Numbered from the stretch's first letter, positions 9,648 through 22,449 are shown. The stretch is 64,000 bases of DNA from Nitrospirales bacterium (GCA_965223295.1 CBDCWC010000002.1:576001-640000), one strand, 5' to 3'. Notes: generated by a model from the sequence alone, not told the origin. Numbers and translations are program-made.

Positions 9648-11144
9648 TTATTCTAAGCCGCATACGGCCATTTCTAGAGCTTTCATGACGGCACCGGCTT
9701 TATTGCGGGTCTCCTCGTATTCCCGTGCGGGATCGGAATCTGCCACGATTCCACCGCCTGCCTGGATATACGCCTTCTTGCCATGTATCACAACCGTTCG
9801 AATATTGATGCCCGTATCCATATTGCCTGAAAAGCTAAAGTATCCTACTGCGCCGCCATAGGGACCTCGTTGTGTGGGTTCTAATTCTTCGATAATCTGC
9901 ATAGCCCGAATTTTGGGCGCGCCAGATAAGGTGCCGGCAGGGAAACAAGCCTTTAAGACATCATAGGATGTATATTGGGAATCTAGGATTCCTGTCACTT
10001 GAGAGACAATATGCATGACATGGGAATAACGCTCAATCGTCTGAAATTTTTCGACCTGGACCGTTCCAGTCTGAGCCACGCGGCCAACATCATTGCGTCC
10101 GAGGTCGACCAACATGAGATGTTCAGCCAGTTCTTTTTGATCTGCTAGAAGATCTTGCTCGAGGGTTTGATCTTCTATAGATGTCTTTCCTCGAGGACGT
10201 GTGCCTGCAATGGGACGAACCACAATTTTGCCATTTTCACAGCGTACTAACGTTTCAGGTGAGGCCCCGACAAGTGTGGTGTCGCCAAGCCGGAGATAAT
10301 ACATATACGGCGAAGGATTGATCACCCGCAAAGCTCGATAAATTTGCAGAGGATCGACCCGGAGGCTGGTTTCCCACCGTTGTGACATGACGCCTTGAAT
10401 AATGTCTCCAGCCTGAATATATTCCTTCGTACGTAGCACCATCTTTTCGTAGTCTGTCGGAGTCATATTGGATTGAAATTTCAGAGCTGCTCGCCCCTTT
10501 CGGACAGGTTGCCGAACCTTTGTTCTGTGCAACTTGGCAATAATGGCCTCAATACGATCACGGGCATCACGATATATTTTCCGCAAGTGGGTTTTGTTTT
10601 TCTTAGTCACATGCACATTGGCGACCACTTTGATCGTATGGAGCACATTGTCAAAAATTAATAAAGTGTCCGTGATACAAAATACGAACAAGGGTGTCAT
10701 GGCTTTGGACTTGACATAGGCCGGGATCGGCTCAAAGGATCGCACAATATCATAGCCGATAAATCCTACAGCCCCTCCGGTAAAAGGAGGTAGCCCTTGA
10801 ACTGGCACGGGATGATATGGCGCCATAGCTTCTTGTACATGATCTAAAGGATTCGCTTTTAAGGGAATTCGTGACCGTTTTTGCCCCTGCTGGGTAATGA
10901 CCTGGCCGTTTTCCTCCCATAAGACAACTGATGGTTGGCTGCCCAAAAACGAGTACCGTGCCCAACTTTCTCCACCTTCCACACTCTCGAATAAGAAAGC
11001 ATGTGAACCCGTATTGATCTTTGTAAAAGCTGAGACGGGTGTATCAAAATCTGCCAAGATTTCTCGGTAGATCGGAACCAAATTCCCCCGGGCTGTCAAA
11101 GCGCAGAAATCTTCAAAACCCACTGAATAATAAGCACTTTTCAT
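9648..11144 (-). CDS. trpE: anthranilate synthase component I
   Basis: NPSPYMY, PIAGTRPRG, EHLMLVDLGRND, PAGTLSGAPK; start moved to ATG 11144. Confidence 0.95.
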   Translation of the reverse strand: MKSAYYSVGFEDFCALTARGNLVPIYREILADFDTPVSAFTKINTGSHAFLFESVEGGESWARYSFLGSQPSVVLWEENGQVITQQGQKRSRIPLKANPLDHVQEAMAPYHPVPVQGLPPFTGGAVGFIGYDIVRSFEPIPAYVKSKAMTPLFVFCITDTLLIFDNVLHTIKVVANVHVTKKNKTHLRKIYRDARDRIEAIIAKLHRTKVRQPVRKGRAALKFQSNMTPTDYEKMVLRTKEYIQAGDIIQGVMSQRWETSLRVDPLQIYRALRVINPSPYMYYLRLGDTTLVGASPETLVRCENGKIVVRPIAGTRPRGKTSIEDQTLEQDLLADQKELAEHLMLVDLGRNDVGRVAQTGTVQVEKFQTIERYSHVMHIVSQVTGILDSQYTSYDVLKACFPAGTLSGAPKIRAMQIIEELEPTQRGPYGGAVGYFSFSGNMDTGINIRTVVIHGKKAYIQAGGGIVADSDPAREYEETRNKAGAVMKALEMAVCGLE

Positions 11145-11213
11145 GGATTCGACGGTAGCATACGCCCTATAAGGTGTCAACGAACTGGGGGAATAGAAGA
11201 TATGAGTGGCAAC

Positions 11214-11259
11214 AAAAAAGCGAGAATCCAAAAGGGCTTCCCCTATGGACTCTCGCTTT
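11214..11259 (-). terminator. intrinsic terminator of LysM gene
   Basis: AAAGCGAGAATCCA...TGGACTCTCGCTTT inverted repeat with T-run on the minus strand. Confidence 0.6.
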
Positions 11260-11290
11260 GAGTATGTTCTAGGAGGTGAAGAAGGAGTAA

Positions 11291-11947
11291 CTATTTACTG
11301 ACGGTAATTTCTTGGCCCACGTGAATGGTGTTATCGATCAAATTATTCCAGACTTTGAGATCATCGACCGTCACACCATACTGTTTAGAAAGGCTATACA
11401 GGGTCTCTCCCTTCACCACTGTATGTGTGCCGCCACCCATGGCCATGCTGGACGATTCAGCAACAGAATCTAGTGGAACATCATTGCCGTCTAGGTCCAG
11501 GTCTGATTCAAGCTTTGCCAGATCGGAATCTTTAAAATCGAGGTCTTCAAGTCCAAATTCCGATATAGAAGGTTCGGAAAGTTTCAGATCATCGTTATTA
11601 ACCATGCTGCCATCACGAGCGCTAGACAGTTCGTCATGAGAACGGCTCAATTGATCACGAAGTGCCTCTAACTCGGCGTTGAGATCACGAGTTTGAGACT
11701 CAAGGGAGCCAAGTTGTCGTTGGGTATCTTGATATTTGACGTTCAGTTCGCCCGTTCGTTTTTCTTCCTGAGCAAGGAGTCGTTGAAAGTTTAACGCACG
11801 AGCTTTCTCGGCTTCATATTTTTCTGTGCTTACGCACCCCGACAGTAGCCCGCTACAGACGAAAAGGCCAGCTGCAATTTTTAGATAGGTCATCCCAGTA
11901 GATGAAATGTGAGTGACCTGACCTGCTGTAAACGTTGGTAGCGTCAT
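11291..11947 (-). CDS. coiled-coil lipoprotein with C-terminal LysM domain
   Basis: lipobox LLSGC, heptad-rich segment, acidic linker, HTVVKGETLYSLSKQYGVTVDDLKVWN LysM. Confidence 0.85.
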   Translation of the reverse strand: MTLPTFTAGQVTHISSTGMTYLKIAAGLFVCSGLLSGCVSTEKYEAEKARALNFQRLLAQEEKRTGELNVKYQDTQRQLGSLESQTRDLNAELEALRDQLSRSHDELSSARDGSMVNNDDLKLSEPSISEFGLEDLDFKDSDLAKLESDLDLDGNDVPLDSVAESSSMAMGGGTHTVVKGETLYSLSKQYGVTVDDLKVWNNLIDNTIHVGQEITVSK

Positions 11948-12168
11948 GTTGCGGATTCCTCCTCCATTGAGTGTCGTTTATGTCCCTTTCTCCAATGGTT
12001 ACGTTCGGACTAAAAGGGTAGATGCAGAAAACATCCAGTTATCTTTTCCTACACAATAATTCGGATTCAGGGTAATGTCAAACCAAATAGTCCACCATTT
12101 TTGACAGACGAACCGAACACGTCTCTTCATTGACCCTTGAAAAATTGGTGTGCTAGTTTTTCTGCGCC

Positions 12169-13125
12169 ATGCCGTCAGATTTTTCTCTTCCACAGGAACC
12201 AACAACCTATCAAGTGGACCAAGTCTCTCTTCGTTTAGCTCGTCCTATCATACGGCAACAGCAGTGGATCGGGGGCCATGAAATTTTACAACAACTTCTG
12301 GCCTGTTGGTTGGTCGTTGACCAGAATGACTATCCGCTTTCTCCACGCATTATCGGACAACCCGGCGTTGGAAAAACAACCTTGGCGATGGCAGCCACGC
12401 AGACGAGAAAACAAGACCTGTATATTTATCAATGTACGGCAGATACACGTCCAGAAGACTTGCTCGTTTCTCCTGTCATTACAGAGGGAGGAAGCATTAC
12501 CTATCAAGCCTCGCCATTAGTCACGGCTATGGTGACCGGCAATATTTGCCTACTCGATGAAGGCAATCGAATGAATGAAAAAAGTTGGGCCTCGCTCGCC
12601 TCGCTCTTGGATCATCGCCGATTGGTTGAATCCATTGTAGCCGGAGTCCAAATCGCAGCACATGAAAATTTTCGTTGTTGCGTGACCATGAACGAAGATG
12701 CCTCAACATACGAAGTTCCAGATTATATCTTATCCCGCTTACAACCGACTTTAAAAGTTGACTTTCCATCTAAAGAGCATGAGTTGGCTATTTTGCACTA
12801 TCATTTGCCCTTTGCGTCTGCCGACTTACTAAACCTGACGGTGGACTTTCTCCAAAAAGCCCATCAACTTGATTTGGCGTTTTCGGTGCGAGATGGGATT
12901 CATATGGTGCAATATGCCATGAAACGGATGGCGCAAGATTCCACACATCCGTTAGCCCATGATGAAGCCTGGCGGGAAGCCTTAATTAAGGTGCTGGGTG
13001 ATGAGGCCATGGATTTAGGTGCTCTGGCCAAACGCCGCTCACATGCTCTTGGTAGCCAAGGTCTTCCCAAAGGATTAGGTGATTTCTTTTTTGAAGAAGA
13101 TTCGCCTCTGCATCCTGACCACTAA
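12169..13125 (+). CDS. MoxR-like AAA+ ATPase
   Basis: Walker A GQPGVGKT, Walker [10 protein letters not shown], sensor/Arg-finger TMN...LSRL. Confidence 0.85.
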   Translation: MPSDFSLPQEPTTYQVDQVSLRLARPIIRQQQWIGGHEILQQLLACWLVVDQNDYPLSPRIIGQPGVGKTTLAMAATQTRKQDLYIYQCTADTRPEDLLVSPVITEGGSITYQASPLVTAMVTGNICLLDEGNRMNEKSWASLASLLDHRRLVESIVAGVQIAAHENFRCCVTMNEDASTYEVPDYILSRLQPTLKVDFPSKEHELAILHYHLPFASADLLNLTVDFLQKAHQLDLAFSVRDGIHMVQYAMKRMAQDSTHPLAHDEAWREALIKVLGDEAMDLGALAKRRSHALGSQGLPKGLGDFFFEEDSPLHPDH

Positions 13126-13219
13126 TTGACGAGTAGGTCTTGCAACTAGACAACGTCTCGTGTTTTCTTAGCTAGCTATTGCAGAGAGCTGTTTGAGTAA
13201 CTTCGATGCTCTATACCTC

Positions 13220-13410
13220 GGGACTGTTGGGTAATGATGATAACGTTGGCCATATTTCGTGTCTGAGACGTAATATGTCAAAGACCTCGGGTATGTTCAA
13301 AAAAGTCTGTTCAGCAAGGCCGCAACTCTTTTTGCGCGCGGAGCGTACTGGCACGACGTGAGCATGGGAAAAGAGCAAGAACGCCGCTGACAGCTTTTTT
13401 CAACAAACCC
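13220..13410 (-). mobile_element. MITE family A copy 2 (191 bp, diverged tail)
   Basis: GGGACTGTTGG...TTTTTTCAACAAACCC with the shared core CAGCAAGGCCGC..GGAGCGTAC..GTGAG..AACGCCGCTG; no clear target duplication. Confidence 0.75.
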
Positions 13411-13434
13411 CATATCTTAAGTTTCTTTTTCAAC

Positions 13435-15318
13435 GTGTCTCAATCGCATCATATCTTTTCACTGTCTCCCAACATCACGATTTTGCCCATTGTCCATGGA
13501 AGTGGCGATATGGCACAAACCGTTCGGGATTTTATCATTTCTCATGAAGTGGATTGCGTGGCTGTGCCGCTTCCTCCTTCCGTTGAACCATTTCTGGAAG
13601 AAGGCGTTGCAAGCTTGCCAGTGGTAAGCGTGGTGGTATGCCCGGAACAAAACGACGAAGATGCTCCCTGTTGTTCGTATGTTCCCATTGATCCATGCCA
13701 AGCCGTTATTATGGGCATACGGGTGGCAATGGGAGAGGGCATAACACGAGCCTATATCGATCGTGAGGTCTCAATGTTTCAGGCAACGCCATGGAGCGGC
13801 CCCGATCCCTATGCGCTCAAGATGGCTTCGTTGGAAAGTTTTTCCGCAGCCGCGATTCCATTTTTGCCTTTGCCGGAACTAGACGGACAGCGGCAATCCC
13901 GCATCGCCTGGATGGCCTTTCGTCTGCATGAACTGGAACTTGACTATCAAAAGATTGTATGCCTCTGTCCCCTGATGGATTGGCCGTGGTTACGTCAGGC
14001 TTATCATGATCGTGCACCCTATCGTGGGTCGGAGTCACTCACTGAGCGCCCAGTGTGGTGGAATGTAGAGCCAGCCTCTCTTTATTTTCTTTTGGGTGAG
14101 CTGCCCTATGTGACGCAGCTCTATGAGCAGCGACGCGAGGAAGCTCGATCTGATAAGCATTTGTCGATTGATGGGATCAAAGAATTGGTTTTGGAATCTC
14201 GGTCGCGATGGCTGGCCTCCCGATCTTCGGCTGTTGCACAGGAGTCCAATTGGGTCACGCCTCAGTTACTTCAACGATATTTTCGTTATGTCCGCAATCG
14301 CACATTGCTGGAGCAGCGCCTGACCCCCGATCTCTTTACGCTTGTTCATGCTGCGCAGCAAATGGCCGGAGATGCGTTTGCTCTGACTCTGTTAGAAACG
14401 GCCAAGACCTATAGGTATCAATACGAATCGTCAAGTCTCGGAACAAGACCTACCGTAACCATGGGAATTGGCCAATTACAGGATCCTGGAGGAGAGCTTC
14501 TTCCCGCTGTCAATCGCTTGCAGGGTCATCCACAACAATGGCGCAGTCTCACACTCCGTCCCAAACCGCCAACTCCAAAGAAACAAGCATGGGCCTATCA
14601 ATGGAACCCTTATCGACAATGTTCTTGGCCCCCAGAAGATGAAAGGATTGAATCTTTCGCTGCCCATGTCCGGCAGCAATGTAAGCAGATATTAGGAGCT
14701 GATTTGGCGAAGACCGAAAAATTCAGTACATCATTAGAGGATGGTATTGATCTACGGGAGACGCTACGACATTGGACCAGGCCGTCTCAGCGTTCGGTCT
14801 TTGATTTGCGCGTCAAAGTTATTCCTCCAGCCAGAGGGACCATAGAAGTCCTCGTTTTTCTCTTTGATGTGCCAGCCGATCCGAATGTCTATACCTGGCA
14901 AGCCACTTGGTATGGGGAACACTATGAAGAATCGACCTTAAGCTTTTATGCCACTCCGTTTTCCACACAGATGATTGGGCCTGGAATTGGTCAGGCGAAG
15001 TATGGTGGTGTCATGTTTTTGTATCCCCCACGACCTATTCCTGATATTTGGGAACATCCTTTATTTGGCTTTACGGCCACGTTAGAGGAGCGGTTGTTGG
15101 CAGGAGCCTGTGCCTATTCGCAAGAACCCTACGTAGCTGTGGTCTCCCCCGTTCCCATGAAAAACACCTGGCGACAAGTTGCCCGTCGATTCGGTCGTAA
15201 GTTGGTGCCGTTGCCCTTACATCGGTTTTCAGGGCAAACGGTTGCCCGCTTGCGGCAGTTTCATGTATTAAACGGTCATGAAATCCGTAGTTATGCCTCT
15301 CGGTTTATTCGGGAATAA
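13435..15318 (+). CDS. conserved hypothetical protein, probable MoxR partner
   Basis: 627-aa ORF co-oriented after the MoxR ATPase; contains DGIDLRETLR linker-like motif. Confidence 0.75.
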   Translation: MSQSHHIFSLSPNITILPIVHGSGDMAQTVRDFIISHEVDCVAVPLPPSVEPFLEEGVASLPVVSVVVCPEQNDEDAPCCSYVPIDPCQAVIMGIRVAMGEGITRAYIDREVSMFQATPWSGPDPYALKMASLESFSAAAIPFLPLPELDGQRQSRIAWMAFRLHELELDYQKIVCLCPLMDWPWLRQAYHDRAPYRGSESLTERPVWWNVEPASLYFLLGELPYVTQLYEQRREEARSDKHLSIDGIKELVLESRSRWLASRSSAVAQESNWVTPQLLQRYFRYVRNRTLLEQRLTPDLFTLVHAAQQMAGDAFALTLLETAKTYRYQYESSSLGTRPTVTMGIGQLQDPGGELLPAVNRLQGHPQQWRSLTLRPKPPTPKKQAWAYQWNPYRQCSWPPEDERIESFAAHVRQQCKQILGADLAKTEKFSTSLEDGIDLRETLRHWTRPSQRSVFDLRVKVIPPARGTIEVLVFLFDVPADPNVYTWQATWYGEHYEESTLSFYATPFSTQMIGPGIGQAKYGGVMFLYPPRPIPDIWEHPLFGFTATLEERLLAGACAYSQEPYVAVVSPVPMKNTWRQVARRFGRKLVPLPLHRFSGQTVARLRQFHVLNGHEIRSYASRFIRE

Positions 15319-15336
15319 GCGGATGCCTAGCTCTAG

Positions 15337-17370
<2,034 letters not shown>

Positions 17371-17566
17371 CTCTAGATTCTTTTGTTTTCTTGGCCTAAC
17401 AACAGTCATGTTGATGTGCAGGCCATACTGAGTATGATGTGATCGTGGCGAAATGGAGAGAACACCGATCCCGGTTTTCGTAGTTAATCGAGTGACTCCG
17501 ATGGAATAGACGGGCGTTTTTTCAGTGGTAGAAGTAACTCACTTGGATAGCCGTGAAGGAAAATCT

Positions 17567-18526
17567 ATGAAAATCATATTAATGACAGCCGTGCTCCTCT
17601 TTTCTGTGCTTTCTGCGGTGTATGGAGAGGAGAATTTTGAAAAGTGGGTGAAAGAGTTTAAAGATGAGGCGACAAAAGCGGGAATCTCCTCTTCTCTGTT
17701 GGATAAAGGCTTTAAGGGCGTCGTTCCTATTCCGCGCGTTTTAGAATTGGACCGAAAACAGCCTGAGTCTACTATGACGTTTGCAGAATATCGTAAAAAA
17801 ATTGTCTCTCAACTACGGATTCAGCGTGGACGTCAGATGATGGCCCAACATCGTAATCTATTGAATAAAATTGGCAAGGAGTATGGTGTCCAACCCCGGT
17901 TTATTGTGGCTCTGTGGGGCATTGAAACGTTTTATGGAAAAAATACAGGGGGATATTCCATTGTGGAGGCTCTGGCCACGCTAGCCTTTGATGGGCGGCG
18001 AAGCCAATATTTTCGCACCGAGTTGTTGAATGCCTTCAGGATTTTAGAGGATCAACACATTTCTTTAGAGGCTATGAAAGGATCATGGGCAGGGGCGATG
18101 GGACAATGCCAATTTATGCCTTCTAGCTTTTTACGTTTAGCCGTTGACTATAATGGTGACGGACGTAAAGATATTTGGAATACCCTGGCCGATGTCTTTG
18201 CCTCAGCTGCAAATTATCTAGCTCAATCAGGTTGGCGCGGTAAACAAATTTGGGGACGGCGCGCCAAACTACCCGCCGAATTTAATTTCCAACAAGCAAG
18301 TTTAAAAATTTCTAAGCCCTTACGAGTCTGGCAAAAGATGGGGGTTCGCCGTAGTAATGGGCGAAATCTTCCCGTGGCCTCCATGAATGCCTCCGTGGTC
18401 TTGCCAGATGGAAAGGGCGGCCCAGCCTATCTGGTATATGACAATTATAGAGTAATTATGAAATGGAACCGATCCACCTACTTTGCCACAAGCGTAGGCT
18501 TACTAGCCGATGCGTTGGCGAAGTAG
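17567..18526 (+). CDS. lytic murein transglycosylase (MltB/SLT_2 family)
   Basis: ALWGIETFYG, GSWAGAMGQCQFMPSS, DYNGDGRKDIW, WNRS; signal peptide from ATG 17567. Confidence 0.92.
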   Translation: MKIILMTAVLLFSVLSAVYGEENFEKWVKEFKDEATKAGISSSLLDKGFKGVVPIPRVLELDRKQPESTMTFAEYRKKIVSQLRIQRGRQMMAQHRNLLNKIGKEYGVQPRFIVALWGIETFYGKNTGGYSIVEALATLAFDGRRSQYFRTELLNAFRILEDQHISLEAMKGSWAGAMGQCQFMPSSFLRLAVDYNGDGRKDIWNTLADVFASAANYLAQSGWRGKQIWGRRAKLPAEFNFQQASLKISKPLRVWQKMGVRRSNGRNLPVASMNASVVLPDGKGGPAYLVYDNYRVIMKWNRSTYFATSVGLLADALAK

Positions 18527-18553
18527 GAGAAGGATAGTAGGGCGTCTACTTTT

Positions 18554-19825
18554 CTAAGATTCGGTAGCGACGGGAGAGGGTTCTTCAGTTTCGGTTTCAG
18601 GAATGACTTCTTCTTTGATGATCTGGACGCTTTTAATGGAACGTTCGTCGGCTTCATGAACTATAAGAATACAATTGTCGGTGTTCACTTTTTCCCCAAC
18701 GGCTGGAATGTGTCCCAGCTCTTCAAGAATGAGCCCACTGATGGTATTTTGCTCATCGTCTAATTCAACATTCAAAAATTCATTGATACGGCGCACTTCG
18801 GTCCGGCCATCAACCAGGATTTGATTTTTCCCAGTCCGGCGAATCCATTCTTCATGCAGGTCACCTTCATCTAATATTTCTCCAACCACTTCTTCCAGTA
18901 AGTCTTCGACCGTGACGAGGCCGATGACGCCGCCAAATTCGTTCACGACCAACGCTATATGTCGTTTTTCTTTTTGAAATTGCTTTAAAAGTTCATCGGC
19001 CGGTTTAGTGCCAGGAATGAACAGAGTGGGTTTGGCTAATTCATTCAGCTTTCGTTGGGCGTGGGATTGAGCCAGCTCCATGAGAGCATGACTACGATAA
19101 AGAATGCCCGTAATGTTATCGGGATTTCCGTCGTGAATGGGAATGCGAGAATGTTTGGCTTTATACAAATCTTGCCGTGCCCCTTCTAAGGTCTGTGTCC
19201 CGTCTAGCATGAACATGTAGATGCGCGGGGTCATGACATCTTCGGCGGTCACATCATTGAACTCGAACACATTTTTAATCATTTTGACTTCATCTGTTTC
19301 GAGAACTCCGGCCTTGCCGCCGGCATCTAACATGATTTTGAGTTCCTCTTCGGTGATAAAGGGTACGGTTAATCCGCGCCCGCCAGTGAGTTTCAAGATA
19401 AACGGTTCCAGGAAATAGAGAAATGGGGAAAACGCTTGTTCCAGCCAATAGATGGGATAGGACAGAATTTGGACGGCGGTTTCAGCGTATTTGGCGCACA
19501 GGGTTTTGGGAACAATTTCCCCAAATAATAAAACCATAAAGGTTAAGAGCCCGGTAGCCACGGCCACGGCTTCGGATCCAAATAGGCGAATGGCAATTAA
19601 GGTAGCCATGGAAGCTGCCATGATATTTACCAGATTATTGCCAATCAGAATGGTAGACAGTAGTCGTTGGGGATTAGATCGAAGTTTGAGAGCCATTTTG
19701 GCCCCTTTATGGCCTTCGTCCACTAACGTTTTCAAGCGGGATTCTGTAATGGAGAAGAAGGCGATTTCCGCACCGGAGAAGAATGCCGACAACCCTAGAC
19801 AGATAAAAACAGCAATAAAATCCAT
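18554..19825 (-). CDS. CNNM/DUF21-CBS-CorC domain protein (hemolysin/CorB-like Mg2+/Co2+ transporter)
   Basis: [49 protein letters not shown]. Confidence 0.92.
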   Translation of the reverse strand: MDFIAVFICLGLSAFFSGAEIAFFSITESRLKTLVDEGHKGAKMALKLRSNPQRLLSTILIGNNLVNIMAASMATLIAIRLFGSEAVAVATGLLTFMVLLFGEIVPKTLCAKYAETAVQILSYPIYWLEQAFSPFLYFLEPFILKLTGGRGLTVPFITEEELKIMLDAGGKAGVLETDEVKMIKNVFEFNDVTAEDVMTPRIYMFMLDGTQTLEGARQDLYKAKHSRIPIHDGNPDNITGILYRSHALMELAQSHAQRKLNELAKPTLFIPGTKPADELLKQFQKEKRHIALVVNEFGGVIGLVTVEDLLEEVVGEILDEGDLHEEWIRRTGKNQILVDGRTEVRRINEFLNVELDDEQNTISGLILEELGHIPAVGEKVNTDNCILIVHEADERSIKSVQIIKEEVIPETETEEPSPVATES

Positions 19826-19832
19826 GGGTGGA

Positions 19833-20003
19833 TTAGCGAGCTCCGGCAGGACGGGTGCAGACGGAAATGGCGCTCAACGTGGAGACTTGAGATGCAGAAC
19901 GGAATATGAGGGAGAAAGGAATCAGAAGAATTAGAGAGGGATTGATAGTTTGGCCAGCAGAGGATCCATCAGAGATGTGATCATGTGACCCATCAGTTTC
20001 CAT
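19833..20003 (-). CDS. putative 56-aa upstream ORF / leader peptide (METDGSHDHIS...TRPAGAR)
   Basis: manually translated ORF below the track cutoff; stop lies 7 nt before the CNNM gene start. Confidence 0.35.
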   Translation of the reverse strand: METDGSHDHISDGSSAGQTINPSLILLIPFSLIFRSASQVSTLSAISVCTRPAGAR

Positions 20004-20082
20004 GTAGAAAATAGGCTACCACAAGGTTGAGGATTGTTGCAATTATTTCAAGGAAATATTCGAAAATTCAAATAAAAATCAA

Positions 20083-20745
20083 CTAGTTAGGAGAAATGAT
20101 CCAGGCATCCAGGTCATAGTCTTTTTTTAACTGTTTGGCGGTGTTCTCGGCTGTAGTTTTGGACTGAAATGATCCGATTTGCACACGGTGCTTTTCTCCT
20201 GAGGCGAGTTTCACCGTGTTGACTCGCACATGAGGATATTGACGCGCCAAACGTTCACGCAGTGACATGGCTTCCCGCAATGTCCTAAAGGCTGCAGCCT
20301 GTACCCAGAACTGTTGAAGAGGTTGTGGAGGGAAAGAGGTAGTTGATGGATGTGTAGGGTTGACGATCGTGACCACTACCTCTGCAGTCCCTTCACCAAT
20401 CATTTCCAACTCACGGGCACCAGCATAGGATAAATCAATAATTCTTCCCTCAATAAATGGCCCCCGATCATTGATTCTCACTGTCACTGTTTTTCCTGTC
20501 TTGACTTTTCTAACTTGGACCCATGTGTTAAACGGCAAGGTCTTATGCGCTGCGGTGAGCGCCCACATATCGTAGGGTTCCCCATTAGCGGTGGGTTTGC
20601 CGTGAAAGCTGGGACCATACCAAGAAGCAATGCCGCGTAAGGTATCCTTTTGATTAAGATGTGGAGATTTTTGGGAGGAGCTGATACAGCCTGCAACGAG
20701 CAAAACTCCAAGAATGAAAAAAATATTCCATGATAGACGAAACAC
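20083..20745 (-). CDS. rlpA: septal ring lytic transglycosylase RlpA-family lipoprotein with SPOR domain
   Basis: lipobox LVAGC, GIASWYG, TAAHKTLPF, VRINDRGPF, RIIDLS; C-terminal SPOR. Confidence 0.92.
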   Translation of the reverse strand: MFRLSWNIFFILGVLLVAGCISSSQKSPHLNQKDTLRGIASWYGPSFHGKPTANGEPYDMWALTAAHKTLPFNTWVQVRKVKTGKTVTVRINDRGPFIEGRIIDLSYAGARELEMIGEGTAEVVVTIVNPTHPSTTSFPPQPLQQFWVQAAAFRTLREAMSLRERLARQYPHVRVNTVKLASGEKHRVQIGSFQSKTTAENTAKQLKKDYDLDAWIISPN

Positions 20746-20802
20746 AAATGGGCTCCTTGCCAGTGGTGTGAATGATTCACATGAGCTCAGACACTAGATT
20801 TA

Positions 20803-20993
20803 AGGTCTGTTGAAAAAAGCTGTCAGCGGCGTTCTCGCCATTTTTCCGTGCTCACGTCGTGCCAGTACGCTCCGCGCGCAGAAATGGCTGCGGCCTTGCT
20901 GAACGGACTTTTTTGAACCGACCTGAGGCTTCCCGTACTCAACGGGTCCCTGGAGAAATGTCCCCCTTGATATCTTCAGTCTTCGAGAACCCT
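20803..20993 (+). mobile_element. MITE family A copy 3 (191 bp)
   Basis: AGGTCTGTTGAAAAAA...TTCGAGAACCCT flanked by ATTTA direct repeat (20798-20802/20994-20998). Confidence 0.85.
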
Positions 20994-21030
20994 ATTTAGG
21001 ATACCACAGAGAAAAGGGTGTGGAGCGAAA

Positions 21031-22266
21031 CTAAGGAGTTTGATCAATCGTATGGCGATCAATGTAACGGTAACATTGTCGATTTAACACGGGAAACACT
21101 GAAAAAATTGGGGTTCCAGTCGGAAGGAGTGCTGTCTCAATGCCCGGATTGAGGGCAAGGTGCAAATTGACAAAATTAAAACTCAGCCCTTCCTGCCAAG
21201 GCTGCGAAAGGTTTTCCACATAGGACTCAACCTTATCCGAAGCATACGAACGGGTCATGAGTCCGGCGCCACCTTGCAGGCCGTACTCGGCCAAGTCAGG
21301 TGCTCCCTGGATAAGGAGTGAGACGATGGCGGCATCAAACCAAATTTTGACATTGCAGCTCACTTGGATAAAGGGGCCCAAACTTCCCGTATGTTCCAGG
21401 ATAGCCATGGGGTAGGCCAACTCTGGTGGAATTGAACCTTCGCTTCCGGAAGGCTGGAGAGGAAATTCTGGATCTTTTACCGCTGAGACTGAAACGAAGA
21501 TAAGATTAGGATCTTGAAGATCCACATCCAAGACTTGTCCATCATGATAGCTGCACAATTTTCCCATTTCATAGCGCAACGGATAGGAGTAGCCCATCTT
21601 TCCGTAAAAAATTCGTATGCCTCCTTCGAGCGGCTCTTCAGGGCTTCGGCTGATTTTCAAATCAAAAGGCAGCAGCAAATGTAATGGGTTTGACCGTGCA
21701 TTCATGAAAGGGGCACAAGCCCCAGGGAATTCTTTGTGAATTGAGGCATTGTCTGGTTCGAATTTTTTCGGGGTGCCGCCAAAATGTTGGGCAGTTTTTG
21801 CCTCCTTGGTCAGTCGATATTTCTCCTGGTAATAAGTGGATGCACGTTTTTGAGCAATTTCTAAAAAGTATTCAGGAAAATCTGTTTCGACAATGAGGTT
21901 TTGACGCTCAAGGCTTTGAGCACGAGACACCTTCATAGCCTCGCTATAGCGCTGTAAGTCGCTTTGAGTTTTCTTGATGAGATGTTCGAGGTCTCGAACC
22001 AGTTCTGGATCGTCGTATCGTGTTTGGGGTAATAACTGGCGAGCTTTTTGCAGCAATTCCAGCTTCATGGTATAGCGTTTGGGCTCAGCCGAAAATACCG
22101 TCGCGGTGGCCATCATTAAGTTAAATTGTTCCTCAGGAAGAAGACCCAACTGCCCAAGATCGTGGTCTTTGACAAAAGCCAACGCCAAGGGGCCAAAGGC
22201 TTCCTCTTGCCGGAGATTTAGCGTGAGAAGGTAGTTGAGATAGGCCCGTGCATCTTCTTGTGTCAT
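21031..22266 (-). CDS. conserved hypothetical protein (helical N-terminus, beta-rich C-terminus)
   Basis: 411-aa ORF; C-terminal CAPF..A....LLLPFDL and GTPIFSVFPV patterns. Confidence 0.75.
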   Translation of the reverse strand: MTQEDARAYLNYLLTLNLRQEEAFGPLALAFVKDHDLGQLGLLPEEQFNLMMATATVFSAEPKRYTMKLELLQKARQLLPQTRYDDPELVRDLEHLIKKTQSDLQRYSEAMKVSRAQSLERQNLIVETDFPEYFLEIAQKRASTYYQEKYRLTKEAKTAQHFGGTPKKFEPDNASIHKEFPGACAPFMNARSNPLHLLLPFDLKISRSPEEPLEGGIRIFYGKMGYSYPLRYEMGKLCSYHDGQVLDVDLQDPNLIFVSVSAVKDPEFPLQPSGSEGSIPPELAYPMAILEHTGSLGPFIQVSCNVKIWFDAAIVSLLIQGAPDLAEYGLQGGAGLMTRSYASDKVESYVENLSQPWQEGLSFNFVNLHLALNPGIETALLPTGTPIFSVFPVLNRQCYRYIDRHTIDQTP

Positions 22267-22449
22267 AAAGAACTTCCTAGTAAAAGGCTGGCATTTTAAG
22301 ACAAGCTTTTCAGTGGAGCAAGTGCTATGGGCGCTTTTCTTGAGCGAGAATAAATTAGATGGACCAATATTCCTTCATTGGTCAACAATGGCTTTCTAGG
22401 CGAGATAGGCAAGAAGATAGACGTGTGATAGGATGAAAATAAGGATGAG

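Noticed and set aside
11145-11290. trp attenuator / TrpL leader
   Set aside because: No Trp-rich leader ORF seen; the hairpin is better explained as the LysM gene terminator
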